The notes beneath the pieces were generated by a model. That model was not told the origin of the DNA, made no database searches, and saw nothing but the letters and a program-made list of their open reading frames with translations. This document shows, in pieces, positions 26,950 through 39,690 of a DNA stretch of 64,000 bases. The DNA comes from Mobula hypostoma. Its lineage: Eukaryota. Each line of letters starts with the position of its first letter. Within the stretch, counting starts at the first letter, position 1. The translations under genes were made by a program, and so were the position numbers. Location of the stretch: the NCBI RefSeq assembly GCF_963921235.1, contig NC_086108.1, forward strand, positions 88,662,001 to 88,726,000, in the 5' to 3' direction.

Positions 26950-27703
26950 AATCATAGAAACATAGAAACATAGAAAATAGGTGCAGGAGTAGGCCATTCA
27001 GCCCTTCGAGCCTGCACCGCCATTCAGTATGATCATGGCTGATCATCCAACTCAGACCCCTGTACCAGCCTTCCCTCCATACCCCCTGATCCCTTTAGCC
27101 ACAAGGGCCATATCTAACTCCCTCTTAAATATAGCCAATGAACTGGCCTCAACTGTTTCCTGGGGCAGAGAATTCCACAGATTCACCACTCTCTGTGTGA
27201 AGAAGTTTTTCCTAATCTCGGTCCTAAAAGGCTTCCCCTTTATCCTCAAACTGTGATCCCTCGTTCTGGACTTCCCCAACATCGGGAACAATCTTCCTGC
27301 ATCTAGCCTGTCCAATCTCTTTAGGATTTTATACGTTTCAATCAGATCCCCCCTCAATCTTCTAAATCCCAACGAGTATAAGCCTAGTTCATCCAGTCTT
27401 TCATCATATGAAAGTCCTGCCATCCCAGAAATCAATCTGGTGAACCTTCTTTGTACTCCCTCTATGGCAAGGATGTCTTTCCTCAGATTAGGGGACCAAA
27501 ACTGCACACAATACTCCAGGTGTGGTCTCACCAAGGCCTTGTACAACTGCAGTAGTACCTCCCTGCTCCTGTACTCGAATCCTCTTGCTAAAAATGCCAG
27601 CATACCATTCGCCTTTTTCACCACCTGCTGTACCTGCATGCCCACTTTCAATGACTGGTGTATAATGACACCCAGGTCTCGTTGCTCCTCCCCTTTTCCT
27701 AAT
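26950..27703 (-). mobile_element. Young CR1 3' end, near-identical to 58280-59015
   Basis: The ORF 27052..27651 protein is almost identical to the C-terminus of 57640..58926; (TTTCTATG)n tail. Confidence 0.93.
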
Positions 27704-28575
27704 CCTGCTTGTCAGTACCTTCAGTTGAACTTTGTCTTTTTGTATGTTTCCCACCAGCCGTCAGTCTGTGGTGCCAAAGGCTGAAATAGATTTCTAATCA
27801 ATAAGGCAATCAAGACTTATGGGGAAAGAGCAGAAAGGGGACTTGAGGAATGTCAGATGAATCATGATTACTGGGGCAGATTTAAGCAGCTGAATGTCAT
27901 AATTCTGTTCCTACTCCTACTTCTTATTGTCTTATGGTATAGGCTATACAGCCCTACTTGATTGCGTTGCTTCTATCTTCCATATAAGTAGCAATCCACA
28001 CCTAATCCCAGGTATCTTCTCTATTCCTGTATGATATTTCTATATTTTTACACTATATCGGCTATTTTAGTCATAAATTCAGCAGTTCATTTCTCAGAAG
28101 CATAGCTGTGTAAAGTGAGTTTCTTTTTGGTCTCTCTTTCTCAAATCTCATCATATATCAAAATGAATAGGATATAAAAAAACAGGCTATTTGAACAAAG
28201 AGATGCACCGTATAGTTTATATTCCACATAAGTAATCTCCCACTCTATTTACCCTTTGTGCTATCTAATCTATGTCAATAAAGAAATGTGTTTCTGCATT
28301 CAGATTGGTTACTCAGTTACCTTCTGCTTTGGCAGCAATGATTTCATTAAAACTCTTACACATTTTCAAGTTCAAGTTTCAAGTTTAAATTTAATTGTTA
28401 TTCAACCATACATGAATATGGTCAAATGAAACAGAGTTCCTCCAGGGCCAAGTTGCAAAATGCATTATCAATAGCACACTGCACGTAGTACATAGCACAT
28501 AGTGCAAATAGAACATATGGTTATGATTTCAAGAAAACATGTAGTCACAAAGAAAAAAAATAATATAGCCCAAGT

Positions 28576-31557
28576 GGGGAGGGTTTAAACTAGATTTGCA
28601 GGGGGATGGGAACCAGAGTGCCAGAGCAGATAGTGGAGTGGGGATGAAAATAAATGATGTTAAAAGTTCATGCAAAGTCACAAATAGAAGGGTCGTGTGT
28701 GGTGGTAATAATCTTCTGTGGTGTGTCTATTTCAATGCAAGGAGTATTGTGGGGAAGGCTGATGAGCTGAGGGTGTGAATTGACACATGGAATTTCGACA
28801 TTATAGCCATTAGTGAAACTTGGCTGCAGGAGGGGCAGGACTGGCAGCTTAATGTTCCAGGGTTCCGATGTTTCAGACATGATAGAGGCAGAGGAATGAA
28901 GGGTGGCGGGGTGGCACTGCTAGTCAGGGAAAATATTACAGCAGTGCTCAGGCAGGACAGATTAGAGGGCTTGTCTACCGAGGCCATATGGGTGGAGCTG
29001 AGAAACAGGAAAAGTATCACCACATTAATGGGGTTGTATTATAGACCACCCAATAGTCAGCAAGAATTGGAGAAGCAAATCTGCAGGCAACTGCAGGAAA
29101 CATAAAGTTGTGATAGTAGGGGATTTTAATTTTCCACAGATTGATTGGGATTCCCATACTATTAAAGGTCTAGACGGGTTAGAGTTTGTAAAATGTGTTC
29201 AGGAAAGTTTTCTAAATCAATATATAGAGGTACCAACTAGAGAGAATGCAATATTAGAGTTAGGACAGATGACGGAAGTGTGTGTAGGGGAACACTTTGG
29301 TTCCAGTGATCATAACACCATTAGTTTCAACTTGGTCATGGATAAAGATAGATCTGGTCCTCGAGTTGAGGTTCTAAGCTGGAAAAAGGCCAAATTTGAA
29401 GAAATGAGAAAGGATCTAAAAAGCGTGGATTGGGACAGGTTGTTCTCTGGCAAGGTTGTGATTGGTAAGTGGGAGGCCTTCAGAGGAGAAATTTTGAGAG
29501 TGGAGAGTTTGTATGTTCCTGTCAGGATTAAAGGCAAAATGAATAAGAATAAGGAACCTTGGTTCTCAAGGGATATTGGAACTCTGATAAGGAAGAAGAG
29601 AGAGATGTATAGGAAACGGAGCAAATAAGGTGCTTGAGGAGTATAAAAAGTGCAAAAAAAACTTAAGAAAGAAATTAGGAGGGCTAAAAGAAGACATGAG
29701 GTTGCTTTGGCAGTCAAGGTGAAGGATAATCCAAAGAGCTTCTGCAGGTATATTAAGAGCAAAAGGATAGTAAGGGATAAAATTGGTCCTCTTGAAGATC
29801 AGAGTGGTCGGCTATGTATGGAACCAAAAGAAATGGGGGAGATCTTAAATGGTTTTTTTTGCGTCTGTATTTACTAAGGAAACTGGCATGGAGTCAATGG
29901 AAATAAGGCAAACAAGTAGTGAGGTCATGGGACCTATACAGATTAAGGAGGAGGAGGTGCTTACTATCTTGAGGCAAATCAGAGTAGATAAACCCCCAGC
30001 ACCTGACAGGGTATTCTCTCTGACCTTGAAGGAGACTAGTGTTGAAATTGCAGGGGCCCTGGCAGATATATTTAAAATGTCGGTATCTACGGGTGAGGTG
30101 CCAGAGAATTGGAGGATAGCTCGTGTTGTTCTGTTGTTTAAAAAAGGCTCTAAAAGTAATCAGGAAAATTATAGGCCGGTAAGTTTGACGTCGGTAGTAT
30201 GTCAATTATTGGAAGTACTAAGAGATAGGATCTACAAGTATTTGGATAGAGAGGGACTTATTAGGGAGAGTCAACATGGCTTTGTGCGTGGTAGATCATG
30301 TTTGACCAATCTATTAGAGTTTTTCGAGGAGGTTACCAGGAAAGTGGATGAAGGGAAGGCAATAGATGCTGTCTACATGGACTACAGTAAGGCCTTTGAC
30401 AAGGTTCCGCATGGGAGGTTAGTTAGGAAGATTCAGTCGCTAGGTATACATGGAGAGGTAATAAATCGGATTGACATTGGCTCAATGGAAGAAGCCAGAG
30501 AGTGGTAGTGGAGGATTGCTTCTCTGAGTGGAGGCCTGTGACTACTGGTGTGCCACAGGGATCAGTGCTGGGTCCATTGTTATTTGTCATCTGTATCAAT
30601 GATCTAGATGATAATGTGGTAAACTGGATCAGCAAATTTGCTGATGATATAAAGATTGGAGGTGTAGTGGACAGTGAGGAAGGTTTTCAAAGCTTGCAGA
30701 GGGACTTGGATCAGCTGGAAAAATGGGCTGAGAAATGGCAGATGGAGTTTAACACAGACAAGTGTGAGGTATTGCACTTTGGAAGAACAAACCAAGGTAG
30801 AACATACAAGGTAAACGGTAGGGCACTGAGGACTGCAGTAGAACAGAGGGATCTGGGAATACAGATACAAAATTCCCTAAAAGTGGCGTCACAGGTAGAT
30901 AGGGTCGTAAAGGGAGCTTTTGGTACATTGGCCTTTATAAATCAAAGTATTGAGTATAAGAGTTGGAATGTTATGGTGAGGTTGTATAAGGCATTGGTGG
31001 GGCCGAATCTGGAGTATTGTGTACAGTTTTGGTCACCAAATTACAGGAAGGATATAAATAAGGTTGAAAGAGTGCAGAGAAGGTTTACAAGGATGTTGCC
31101 GGGACTTGAGAAACTCAGTTACAGAGAAAGGTTGAATAGGTTAGGACTTTATTCCCTGGAGTGTAGAAGAATGGGGGGAGTTTTGACAGAGGTATATAAA
31201 GTTATGATGGGTATAGATGGAGTGAATGCTAGCAGGCTTTTTTCCACTGAGCCTAGGGGAGAAAAAAAACAGAGGACATGAGTTAAGGGCGAAGAGGGAA
31301 ACGTTTAATGGGAACATTGGGGGGGGGCTTCTTCACACAGAGAGTGGTGGGAGTGTGGAATGAGCTGCCAGATGAAGTGGTAAATGCGGGTTCTTTTTTA
31401 ACATTTAAGAAAAACTTGGAGGGTACATGGATGGGAGGAGTATGGAGGGATATGGTCCGTGTGCAGGTCAGTGGGACTAGGCAGAAAAATGGTTAGGCAC
31501 AGACAAGAAGGGCCAAAAGGCCTGCTTCTGTGCTGTAATGTTCTATGGTTCTATGGT
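28576..31557 (+). mobile_element. CR1 LINE, nearly complete but frameshifted ORF2 plus 3'UTR, inserted in a non-autonomous element (28365-32117, minus strand)
   Basis: APE and RT motifs across ORFs 28596-31496; (TTCTATGG)n tail; AAGT flanks both ends (28572-28575 / 31558-31561). Confidence 0.93.
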
Positions 31558-34500
31558 AAGTCCCGGAGTGACAGGTCTGTAGATCATCCTGAACTCAGCT
31601 TGTTCTTCCACTGAGTGAACACGAGAGAGCAGCACAGCTGGGAGGAGTCAACCCCAACGCAGTACCGATTCCAACATGCCCAGCAGAGGCTCCTGCTCTG
31701 CCCCACATCGCTTTGGATCTCTTTCCCTGGACAGCTGCAATAGGCGACACTGCAGCCTCGGCCTAGGCCTAGTGCTTGCCAAAACCAAGGTGAACCAGTG
31801 AAGCTGATTTGAGCTATTCTATGTTACCAATGTCCAATAGGGTCCTGCAATCACAATAAAAATGACAAAGACAATCACTCACTCTGTTTGTTGGATTGTG
31901 AACACAATGGTATGCAACAAAACCAGGCGACAACAGAACAACGGTACAAATAGGTCCAGCTCCATTGCTGTCGAGCAACTCACTGATGGGATAGTCCTGC
32001 AGCACTTGATGTTCTTAGTATCCTGCAGCAACTTGCAATCATAAAAAAGAGATACAAGATGAACGAGTACAACTTTGATTGGACCCAGAGCGGCTGCTGT
32101 GTCCAAGTGCGCCACCAGCTTTTCTCATTAAGCTTGAAATTTCTAACATTCAATGTTTCTATACCTGTTGGTGACACACTTTAATAATACGAACAATACT
32201 TTGCACACTTATAGTCTCGACTCTGCAGTTCGCCTTTCCATTATTATCTCTAAAGACAGTGTGAGTAGCTTTAACATGAAAGTCAATACTTCACATTGAC
32301 TACATAAAATATGTGAAGAAGAAAACAAGAATCAGTTCGAAGAGTTGGCATGATGGTAGTATGGTGGTTAGCGTAACACAATTAAAATGCCAGTGATCTA
32401 GGTTCAATTCTACCGCTGAATGTAAGCAGGTTGTATGTTCTCCCCATGACCATGTGGGTTTCCTGTGGGTAATCTGGTTTTCTCCCATATTTCAAAGTAG
32501 TTTAATTGGTTACATGGGTGTAATTGGGTGGTATGGGCTCAGTGGAATGGAGGTGCCTGTTACAATGCTGTACCTCTAACTAAATAGATAAATGATTCAT
32601 GGCATCATGGTTGGCACAGATATGTTGCGTGGAAGGGCCTTCTGACCATGATGCCAAACCAAACTAATCCCATTTGCCTGCATATACTGTGGTTTATTTC
32701 CTTTTCTCTCCCTGCTTGTTCATAGGCTGTTTAACTGCCTCTTAAACGTTGCTGTCATATTTGTTTTTTTATTATTTAGAAGTCGTCATCATCATCATCC
32801 TGTGCCGTGTTGTATGACGTAGCCGATCATGGTCTCAAGACCATGATTGTCCTTGGCAAGTTTTTCTACAGAAGAAGTCTGCCATTGCCTTCTTCTGGGC
32901 AGTGTCTTTTTACAAGACAGGTGACCCTAGCCATTATCAATACTCTTCACACATTGTCTGCCTGGCATCAGTGGTTGCATAATTAGGACCTGTGATGTGC
33001 ACCAGCTGCTCACATGACCATCCACCACCCACTCCCATGGCTTCACATGACCCTGATTGCAGGTATTACACCTTGCCCTAGGGAGACCTACAGGCTAGTG
33101 GAGGGAAGGAGCACCATATGCCTCCTTTGCTAGCAATGTATCTCCACTCCATCACCCATTTAGAGATACAGCAATTTCTGGCCCAATAGGACTGCACTAC
33201 CCAATTATAGCCATGTGACCATTTAACCTCCTTTGGAATGTGGGAGGAAACTGGAGCACCCGGAGGAAACCCATGTGGCCATGGGGAGAACGTCCAAACT
33301 CTTTACAGACAGTGGCAGGAATTGAACCTAAACCCATGTCACCTGGTATTTTCCTAAACTTTCCTAAACCTATGTCACCTGGTATTTGATGTTTCCATCC
33401 TGGGAATATGACTGACTATCCCTATAGTTAATATACTCCATTTGAGGGATTATCCTGGTGAATGACTTCTGAGGCCTTTCCAAAACTTCCAGATGTTTCA
33501 TTTATCATACATACCATAACCATAGATTCATACAACTGCAACAGGGCTTCCAACTTTTAATATTCAGTGCCCTGACTGATGAAAACAAACATGCTCTACA
33601 CCTTCTTTACCACCCTATCCATTTGTGTTGAATAGAAATGAGAGAAGCTTTGGACAGATCCAACAGTAGAATAACTACAACTCTGAATTATTTGCTCTTG
33701 CTTCTAATTATCAATGTACAGTGTTGAAATATTTATGCTGTGTGCACTTGCTTCTAGGATTTCATTGTATGAACCCATTGGTAAGTGTATGCAAGTGTGC
33801 TGACCAGCTGCATCACTGTCTGGTATTAGAACTGCAATGCAAGACCCTGCAATGGATAGTGAAGGCTGCTAGAAACATCATCAGGGAATCTTTTTCTCCC
33901 TCTCCCTCCCAACCCATCCCAGGCATATATCAGAAGGGCTGCATCGCCAGCATTGTCACACATACCTCTCATACTTCCCACAGGCTCCTTGACCTCCTCC
34001 CCCAGCATAAGAACAAGAACTGTTAGGCTAGTGAACAGCATCTTCCCCCAGGCACCCTGCTTCCACCCAGCATAAATGTACTCCTTGTCCTCTCAACTCA
34101 CTGACACACTCTCATCCTGCACGAGTCACTTTTCATCTTCTATGCTACAGTTTCGCACATTTAATCTGCTGCCTGTTTTATTAGAACACTGTCAGTAACA
34201 ATTATATTGTCTTATATAAACATGCATCTTGTACTTCATGTCAACCCGTCAATCGTCAGGCCATGCCATGCCACTCAGAGACTGTGCTAATATTATTTTG
34301 TGACTGTATGTGTTGGATCGTAATTAGATGTGCTCGTGTGGCTATTTGCACTGTGTTTTACACCTTGGCTCCAGAGAAATGATGTTTTGATCAGCTGAAC
34401 ATGTATATAGTGGAATAGCAATAACCTTGAACTTGAACATACACACAAGAAATTGTGCAGGTGCTGGAATTCCAAAGCAACAGACACAAAATGCTGAAGG

Positions 34501-34859
34501 AACTCAGCAGGTCAGGCAGCAGCTATGGAAATGAACAAAAAGTCAACATTTCGGGCCAAGACTCTTCTTCAAGACGGGAAAGGAAGGGGAAAGACGCCAG
34601 AATTAAAAGGTGGGGGGAGGGAAAGGTGATGGATGAAGCCAGGTGACTGGGAAAGTGAAAGGATCTAGCTGCTTTAGTGCTTACCTCTGCTGTGCTTGTC
34701 AGATTATTGAACTCTTTACAATATGGAAAAGATCTGCTCCAAATTTGACATAGAAAATGTAAACCATGAGTCATGTTGCAAAAGCTAATCCACCGAGAAG
34801 TTCCCAGGAGAGTGACTCCAAGGTCTAGTACAGGTACTGGAACCACTGCTTTGTCTAAT

Positions 34860-35285
34860 TCACGCTGGTCGGCTTGGTTCCCAAATTTAAGGCAAGGTAT
34901 TTTCAGATATCAGCAAACTGAGAGCAACAGTCTACATGGGAGCAGTTGAGCAGAGAGAATTTCCAGACGGGCTACTCAGACCATACAAGAAACGACTTCA
35001 GAAATGAAAATAAAGTAAAATGGTCTGGATAAGACTCATGGAAACGCTGCATTGAGAACGAGGCCAGGAGCGACAGGTTCAAGTCAGTAACAGGTAACTT
35101 TAGAACTGATCTGCTCGTTCAATTTTAGTTTCTCGTGTTATCTGAGAGCGCAGGGCCCCATCTCAACCTGATGGGAGTCTTTCTCTGGTAAAGGCACGCA
35201 AATTCCAAGTACCCAGGTAAGTGTGAGGAGCCTCCTGCATGTTTAAACAGTAAAAATGTACTTACTGGTACATTTAGTGCGGTAC

Positions 35286-35326
<41 letters not shown>

Positions 35327-35900
35327 GTTGCAGAAGGAAACGGAGCGCACAAAAGGGAGAAGTGTACGGAAGTGGAAGTGATGATAACCACCTTGGTGTG
35401 CGTAAAGATAAGTTAAAATAAGATTGCGTTCAATTAGAATAAAGAGGATTTTAAATTTTACTTTCTCCTGCGGTTCAGTGCTTTCTTTTTTCGGTCATTT
35501 TCACAAAGCCTGCGAACTGTAAAGCTCGTCCGTCTGACAACTGGATTATTTATAAATGTTCCGCAATCCTGCTATCAACTCAATCGCGCAGGAAATTCGC
35601 ATCGCTGCAGAAATAATCCCGCCGGGGTTTCGAGGTAGTCCTCAAAACACTAACATGAGTGAAACCAGAAAATGCTCCCAAGCAGGTCAGGCAACATCTG
35701 TGGAAGGAGAAACGGGGTTGACAGGTTCTGTTGAAGACCTGGCCGTAATTCAGGAGCTAATGTTTCATTGCTCATTTTTTGGAGACTCATTTTGCTGGCA
35801 AAATTCAGATTGTTAGTCTTGCGAGAGAGATGGAAGGGGATGGCGTGGGGATTAAGATGCTTCTGCACATTGTTCCATGATTACGCGAAGCCAGTGAAAA
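34860..35900 (+). promoter_or_regulatory. Candidate FRRS1 promoter / non-coding first exon region
   Basis: Repeat-poor stretch with retained CpGs. Consensus donor CAG|GTAAGT at 35216/35217 and a second, CAG|GTAACT, at 35093/35094. The FRRS1 ATG exon begins with an acceptor, so an upstream exon is required. Confidence 0.45.
35293..35323. repeat. (GT)n microsatellite
   Basis: About 15 perfect GT units. Confidence 0.95.
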
Positions 35901-36270
35901 CAGCTCCCCTCCAACAGTAAAATATATTCCAATCGAGTGTAAATCTGTCCCTCCCTGATCTGATAACAAGATCAACCACTTTGTGCTGTCTCACTAACAG
36001 CAAGATGCATTATCAAACAAAAAATATAGCTAATCAAATCCGTAAATTATTAATCTGGCGGGAAGAAGGCAGAGAAGAATAATAAATCAGTCATGACCCA
36101 AAGGCGGGCAGATACAATGTGTTGAATGGCCTAATTCTGAGTGAAATTTACAGGACGATGGCTAGGGACCACCACTCATTGAGGGAGATTTGGCTCCCTT
36201 AGCCCTGGGACAAAGTCGTAGAGGCGTCTCCCTACCACTCCTGCAGCTTTCATTGGGATTAGGCTCTCCC

Positions 36271-37678
36271 TGTCACAATGGCGGGGCATTGGGAGCGAGG
36301 GTGGACCCAAATGTAACACACATCTTGTGAGGTTACTTAGATTTAGTTTATTGTTCGATACCAGGAGAGCAAGACAGGAGCAGGAGTAGCAAACTGGACA
36401 AGGACTCAGGACTACGACTAGGCTGGGACCAAGGGTCTGGGCTTGGACTCAGAATTGGCTCCCAGAACTACAGGAGACATGAAGAGGCTAGGGTATGGCC
36501 TCCGAGCCCGAGACTGGGCAAGGACCCAGTACCTGGGTCTTGCCTTGGGCTCGGATCCCAGAACCAGGTATGGACATGACATGGGCTAGGGAGAGGAGGA
36601 ACATGGAAAACAGAGCCTCGGTCTCGGGGAGCAGGTACATGGAACCATAGACACATACACAGAACACAGAGTCGGGACCCCTCCTTGGGTACAGAACATA
36701 GGGCCGGGACTCATGACCTTCCATGGGGCAACGGCAAGACGGCCTGAATACCCCACGGAGGCGAGGACAAGACAAGACAAGACATGACCCCCCGCGGAAC
36801 AATGGCAAGACAGCCAGACTTACCCCACGGAGGCGAGGACAAGACAAGACATGACTCCCCACGGGGCAACAGCAAGACAGCCTGACTTACCCCATGGAGG
36901 TGAGGACAAGACAAGACCAACACGAAAGCACACCAGACAGTACCTGTCTAGCTCCAGCGATAGAACTAGACCGAGGTGCAGGCGAGGGCTACAGACGAGG
37001 GCGAGAGGCGAAAGAGGCAGAGAAGGGATTCAGACAGTGGGGTAGGACAGGAATCACAGACCGCCAGGGCCAGGACTCGATTCGGAACTAGAAAGCCGCT
37101 GGGGCCAGGACTCGACTCGGAACTCGGAAGCCGCCAGGGCCAGGACTCTACTCGGAACTCGGAAGCCGCCAGGGCCAGGACTCGACTCGGAACTCGGAAG
37201 CCACTGGAGCCAGGACTCGACTCGATACTTGAATGCCCCCGGAGCCAGGACTTGACTTAGAGCCTCTGGGTAGTGGCGAACTCTCGACCCAGCCCGGGAA
37301 CAGTAGACAGTGGTTCTTGATTCCCTCCGGTGGGTTAACTGACAGACCCACCTCGGTGAGGAAACTTTGCAGGCTCGTTTTGGCGAGGTAACTGGACAGG
37401 GTTGCTCCGGTGAGGAAAGGCGAATTACTGGCACTCACTTCGGGCAGAGACTAGTCTTGCTCCGGCCAGATGACATTGGCATGCCGTGCCTTTGATGACT
37501 TTGCAGACGCTCTCGCGCTGAATGGCTGAACTACCGGTTCAGTCGAGAGTAATTGCATCCAATCACCAAAGCCGAGGGACATGGGAAAACAGGGAACCAA
37601 AGGGCAACAGGGAGTCAACGGTCCGGATCATAACATAAACAAAGTAAATTTAAGGGGACCCCGATCTGGACTATGACA
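36271..37678 (-). mobile_element. Long solo LTR-like element (1408 bp) with internal tandem arrays
   Basis: TGTCA...TGACA termini, 5-bp TSD CTCCC (36266-36270 / 37679-37683), and AATAAA on the minus strand near 36347-36352. Confidence 0.82.
37060..37260. repeat. ~35-bp minisatellite (GCCGCCAGGGCCAGGACTCGACTCGGAACTCGGAA), about 5-6 units; a second ~65-70-bp array lies at ~36715-36920
   Basis: Directly visible tandem units inside the LTR-like element. Confidence 0.9.
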
Positions 37679-37683
37679 CTCCC

Positions 37684-37775
37684 CCAATTTCTGTTCCTCC
37701 TCTTCAGCCATAGCCAAAAGCTTCCCCTTTCTGCCTCTTCAGCCAACTCTCTGGTGGCCCTTCTTAGCTGTGACA
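37684..37775 (-). mobile_element. C-terminal remnant of a HERO/R2-group (RLE) retrotransposon; its 3'UTR probably continues at ~36150-36270
   Basis: QLRRATRELAEEAERGSFWLWLKRR resembles the terminal motif of HERO-type ORFs. Interrupted by the LTR. Confidence 0.6.
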
Positions 37776-37779
37776 TATG

Positions 37780-38540
37780 TGTGTAATTTGTTATAAACAG
37801 CAACAGTAAAATGCAAGACTTAATTATTTGCTATAAATTACAAAATGAATAAATAGTGCAAAAGACACATAACCAGGTGAGGGTGTTCATAGGTTCACAA
37901 ATCTGGTGGTGAGGGGAAGAAGCTGTTCTTATAATATTGAGTATGTGTCTTCAAGCACCTCTTTGACGGTATTAACGAGAGGGGACATGTCCTGGATGTG
38001 AGGGTTATAATGATGAATGCCGCTCTCTTGAAGCGCTGCCTCTTGAAGGTGTCATCAATATCTGTAGAAATTTGTAAGAGTGTTGGGTGACATTCCAAAT
38101 CTTCACAAACTCCTAACGAAACTTCGCCGCTAGTATGCCTTGTGATTGCACCAATATGTAGGGACCAGGATAGATCCTCTGAGATATTGACACTTCACAA
38201 AATCGAAGCTGCTCACCCTGTCAACTGCTGAACCCTCAACGAGGACTACTGTGTGTTTTCTCGATTTTCCCTTCCTGAAGTGGACAATCAATTCCCTGGT
38301 TTGATGACATTGAGCCTGAGATTCTTGTTGCAATACCACTCCACCAGCTGATCTGTCTCACTCCTGTATGCCTCCTTATCCAATTTTGACATTCTGCCAA
38401 CAACAGTGGTGTCATCAGCGAATGTTTGGATGGTGTGATGGATTGAGCTGTGCCTAGCCACACTGTATGAGTAGAGAGTGCACAGCAGTGGGCTGAGCAC
38501 ACATCCCTGAGGTGTGCCTCTGCTGATTACAGTGAGGAGG
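37780..38540 (-). mobile_element. Rex1/Babar-like LINE 3' fragment; similar fragments at 42590-43230(-), 47270-48185(-), and 57325-57576 + 59016-59410 + 60090-60160(-)
   Basis: FADDTTVVG, ESLLTGCITVWY and LALNVSKMKELILDFRK motifs; (TCTGAT)n-type tails on the 42.6 and 47.3 kb copies. Confidence 0.85.
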
Positions 38541-39289
38541 AAGATGTCATTACATATGTCTTATCTTTACGGTGCTAATAAAATCTGGACAAACTGTATT
38601 CACCTGACCAAGTTTGAATTCATATAATGGAAGATTTGCTTTGGAAGACAATCACACAAAGTGCTAAAAATACTCAATGGGTATGATAGGACCATCAGAA
38701 GAAAATTATGCCCTGAGCCCTGGAATTGATTCTAATTTTGGGTCCTCCTGATATTTTGATTTTCAGGGCAAATCTTCACTTGCTCAGAACTCTGAGAACC
38801 ATTCTTTGTCATTTTGATTTCTCAAGTTAATTGGAAAAGAGCAAGCCAGTGGGAAAGAGTTGGTGGTTTGAGAGTGAGCAGATCATTATATATTTACAAC
38901 TCTTTCCTGAAAATTTTCTACATTGTGCCTGTCTAGTTTTCCATGAAACTGAATCCTGCCCATAAATTATGGTGTTGTGTCTCAACCAAAGGGATTAGTT
39001 TCATTATACATTGGTAACAGTATCAACATAGCGACAATGTTGTTAGTCATGCGTGTGGCATAGAATTAGATTTGTGAGTTGTGACAATCCTCAAATGTTA
39101 CACACAGGGGAGGTGTACAGTAACACCATTCCATCAAAGATCAGATATCCAGTCCCTTGGAATCTAACTTACTCATTATGAGACAGGTGGCAGCCAGTCA
39201 GTCTGCTAGGTTCATGCTAGTTCCTAACAGAGTGACCCTATTAGTCCCATTCCCCTTCTCTTTAGCCCTGCTACTTGCTCTCACTCACC

Positions 39290-39690
39290 CCCACCTTCTC
39301 CAAGGATCGTTGTCATGGTGGACGAGCTTGTGAATTCCAGCGATCCTGAAAGTGACGCCATCTGGAGCCTAGCTCCTGGTAGGGTCACCCATGGCAGTAA
39401 GGTGAAGGGGGCAGGTTCCAAACAAAGAGTGATCCCAACCAAGGCTTTAATGGTGGAGCTGGCGGAAGATGATGACGCATCACAGTGGCAGTGAAGGCTG
39501 AGGAAGGCTGCATCAGTGAAGGGTCCCCAGTTATCTTGCATTCCATGCCACTGGACCCTGACCCTGATCTGTCAAGGACCATGTGGTGGCTGCCCGTGCA
39601 TTAGCCTCCCCATGTTAAACGAAGTCACACGCAGACGTTCTCCATTAAGGGAATCACCCCCTGAGAGAACATCCTACTTGACTCGGGTAA
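39290..39690 (+). mobile_element. RTE-clade (Rex3/Expander/BovB-like) 5'UTR-derived short element
   Basis: TTGTCATGGTGG...GCTTGTG...CCTGGTAGGGTCACCCATGGCA...ACAAAGAGTGATCC resembles conserved RTE 5'UTR blocks (recognised from memory). Confidence 0.55.

Noticed and set aside
33325..33390. Local duplication AAACC(C/T)ATGTCACCTGGTATTT
   Set aside because: A short two-copy duplication at a SINE junction, probably a repair or insertion by-product; no functional signal.
37060..37260. Regularly spaced ~35-bp repeats resembling a CRISPR array
   Set aside because: The units are head-to-tail with no unique spacers, there are no cas genes, and the context is eukaryotic and inside an LTR-like element. 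It is a minisatellite.
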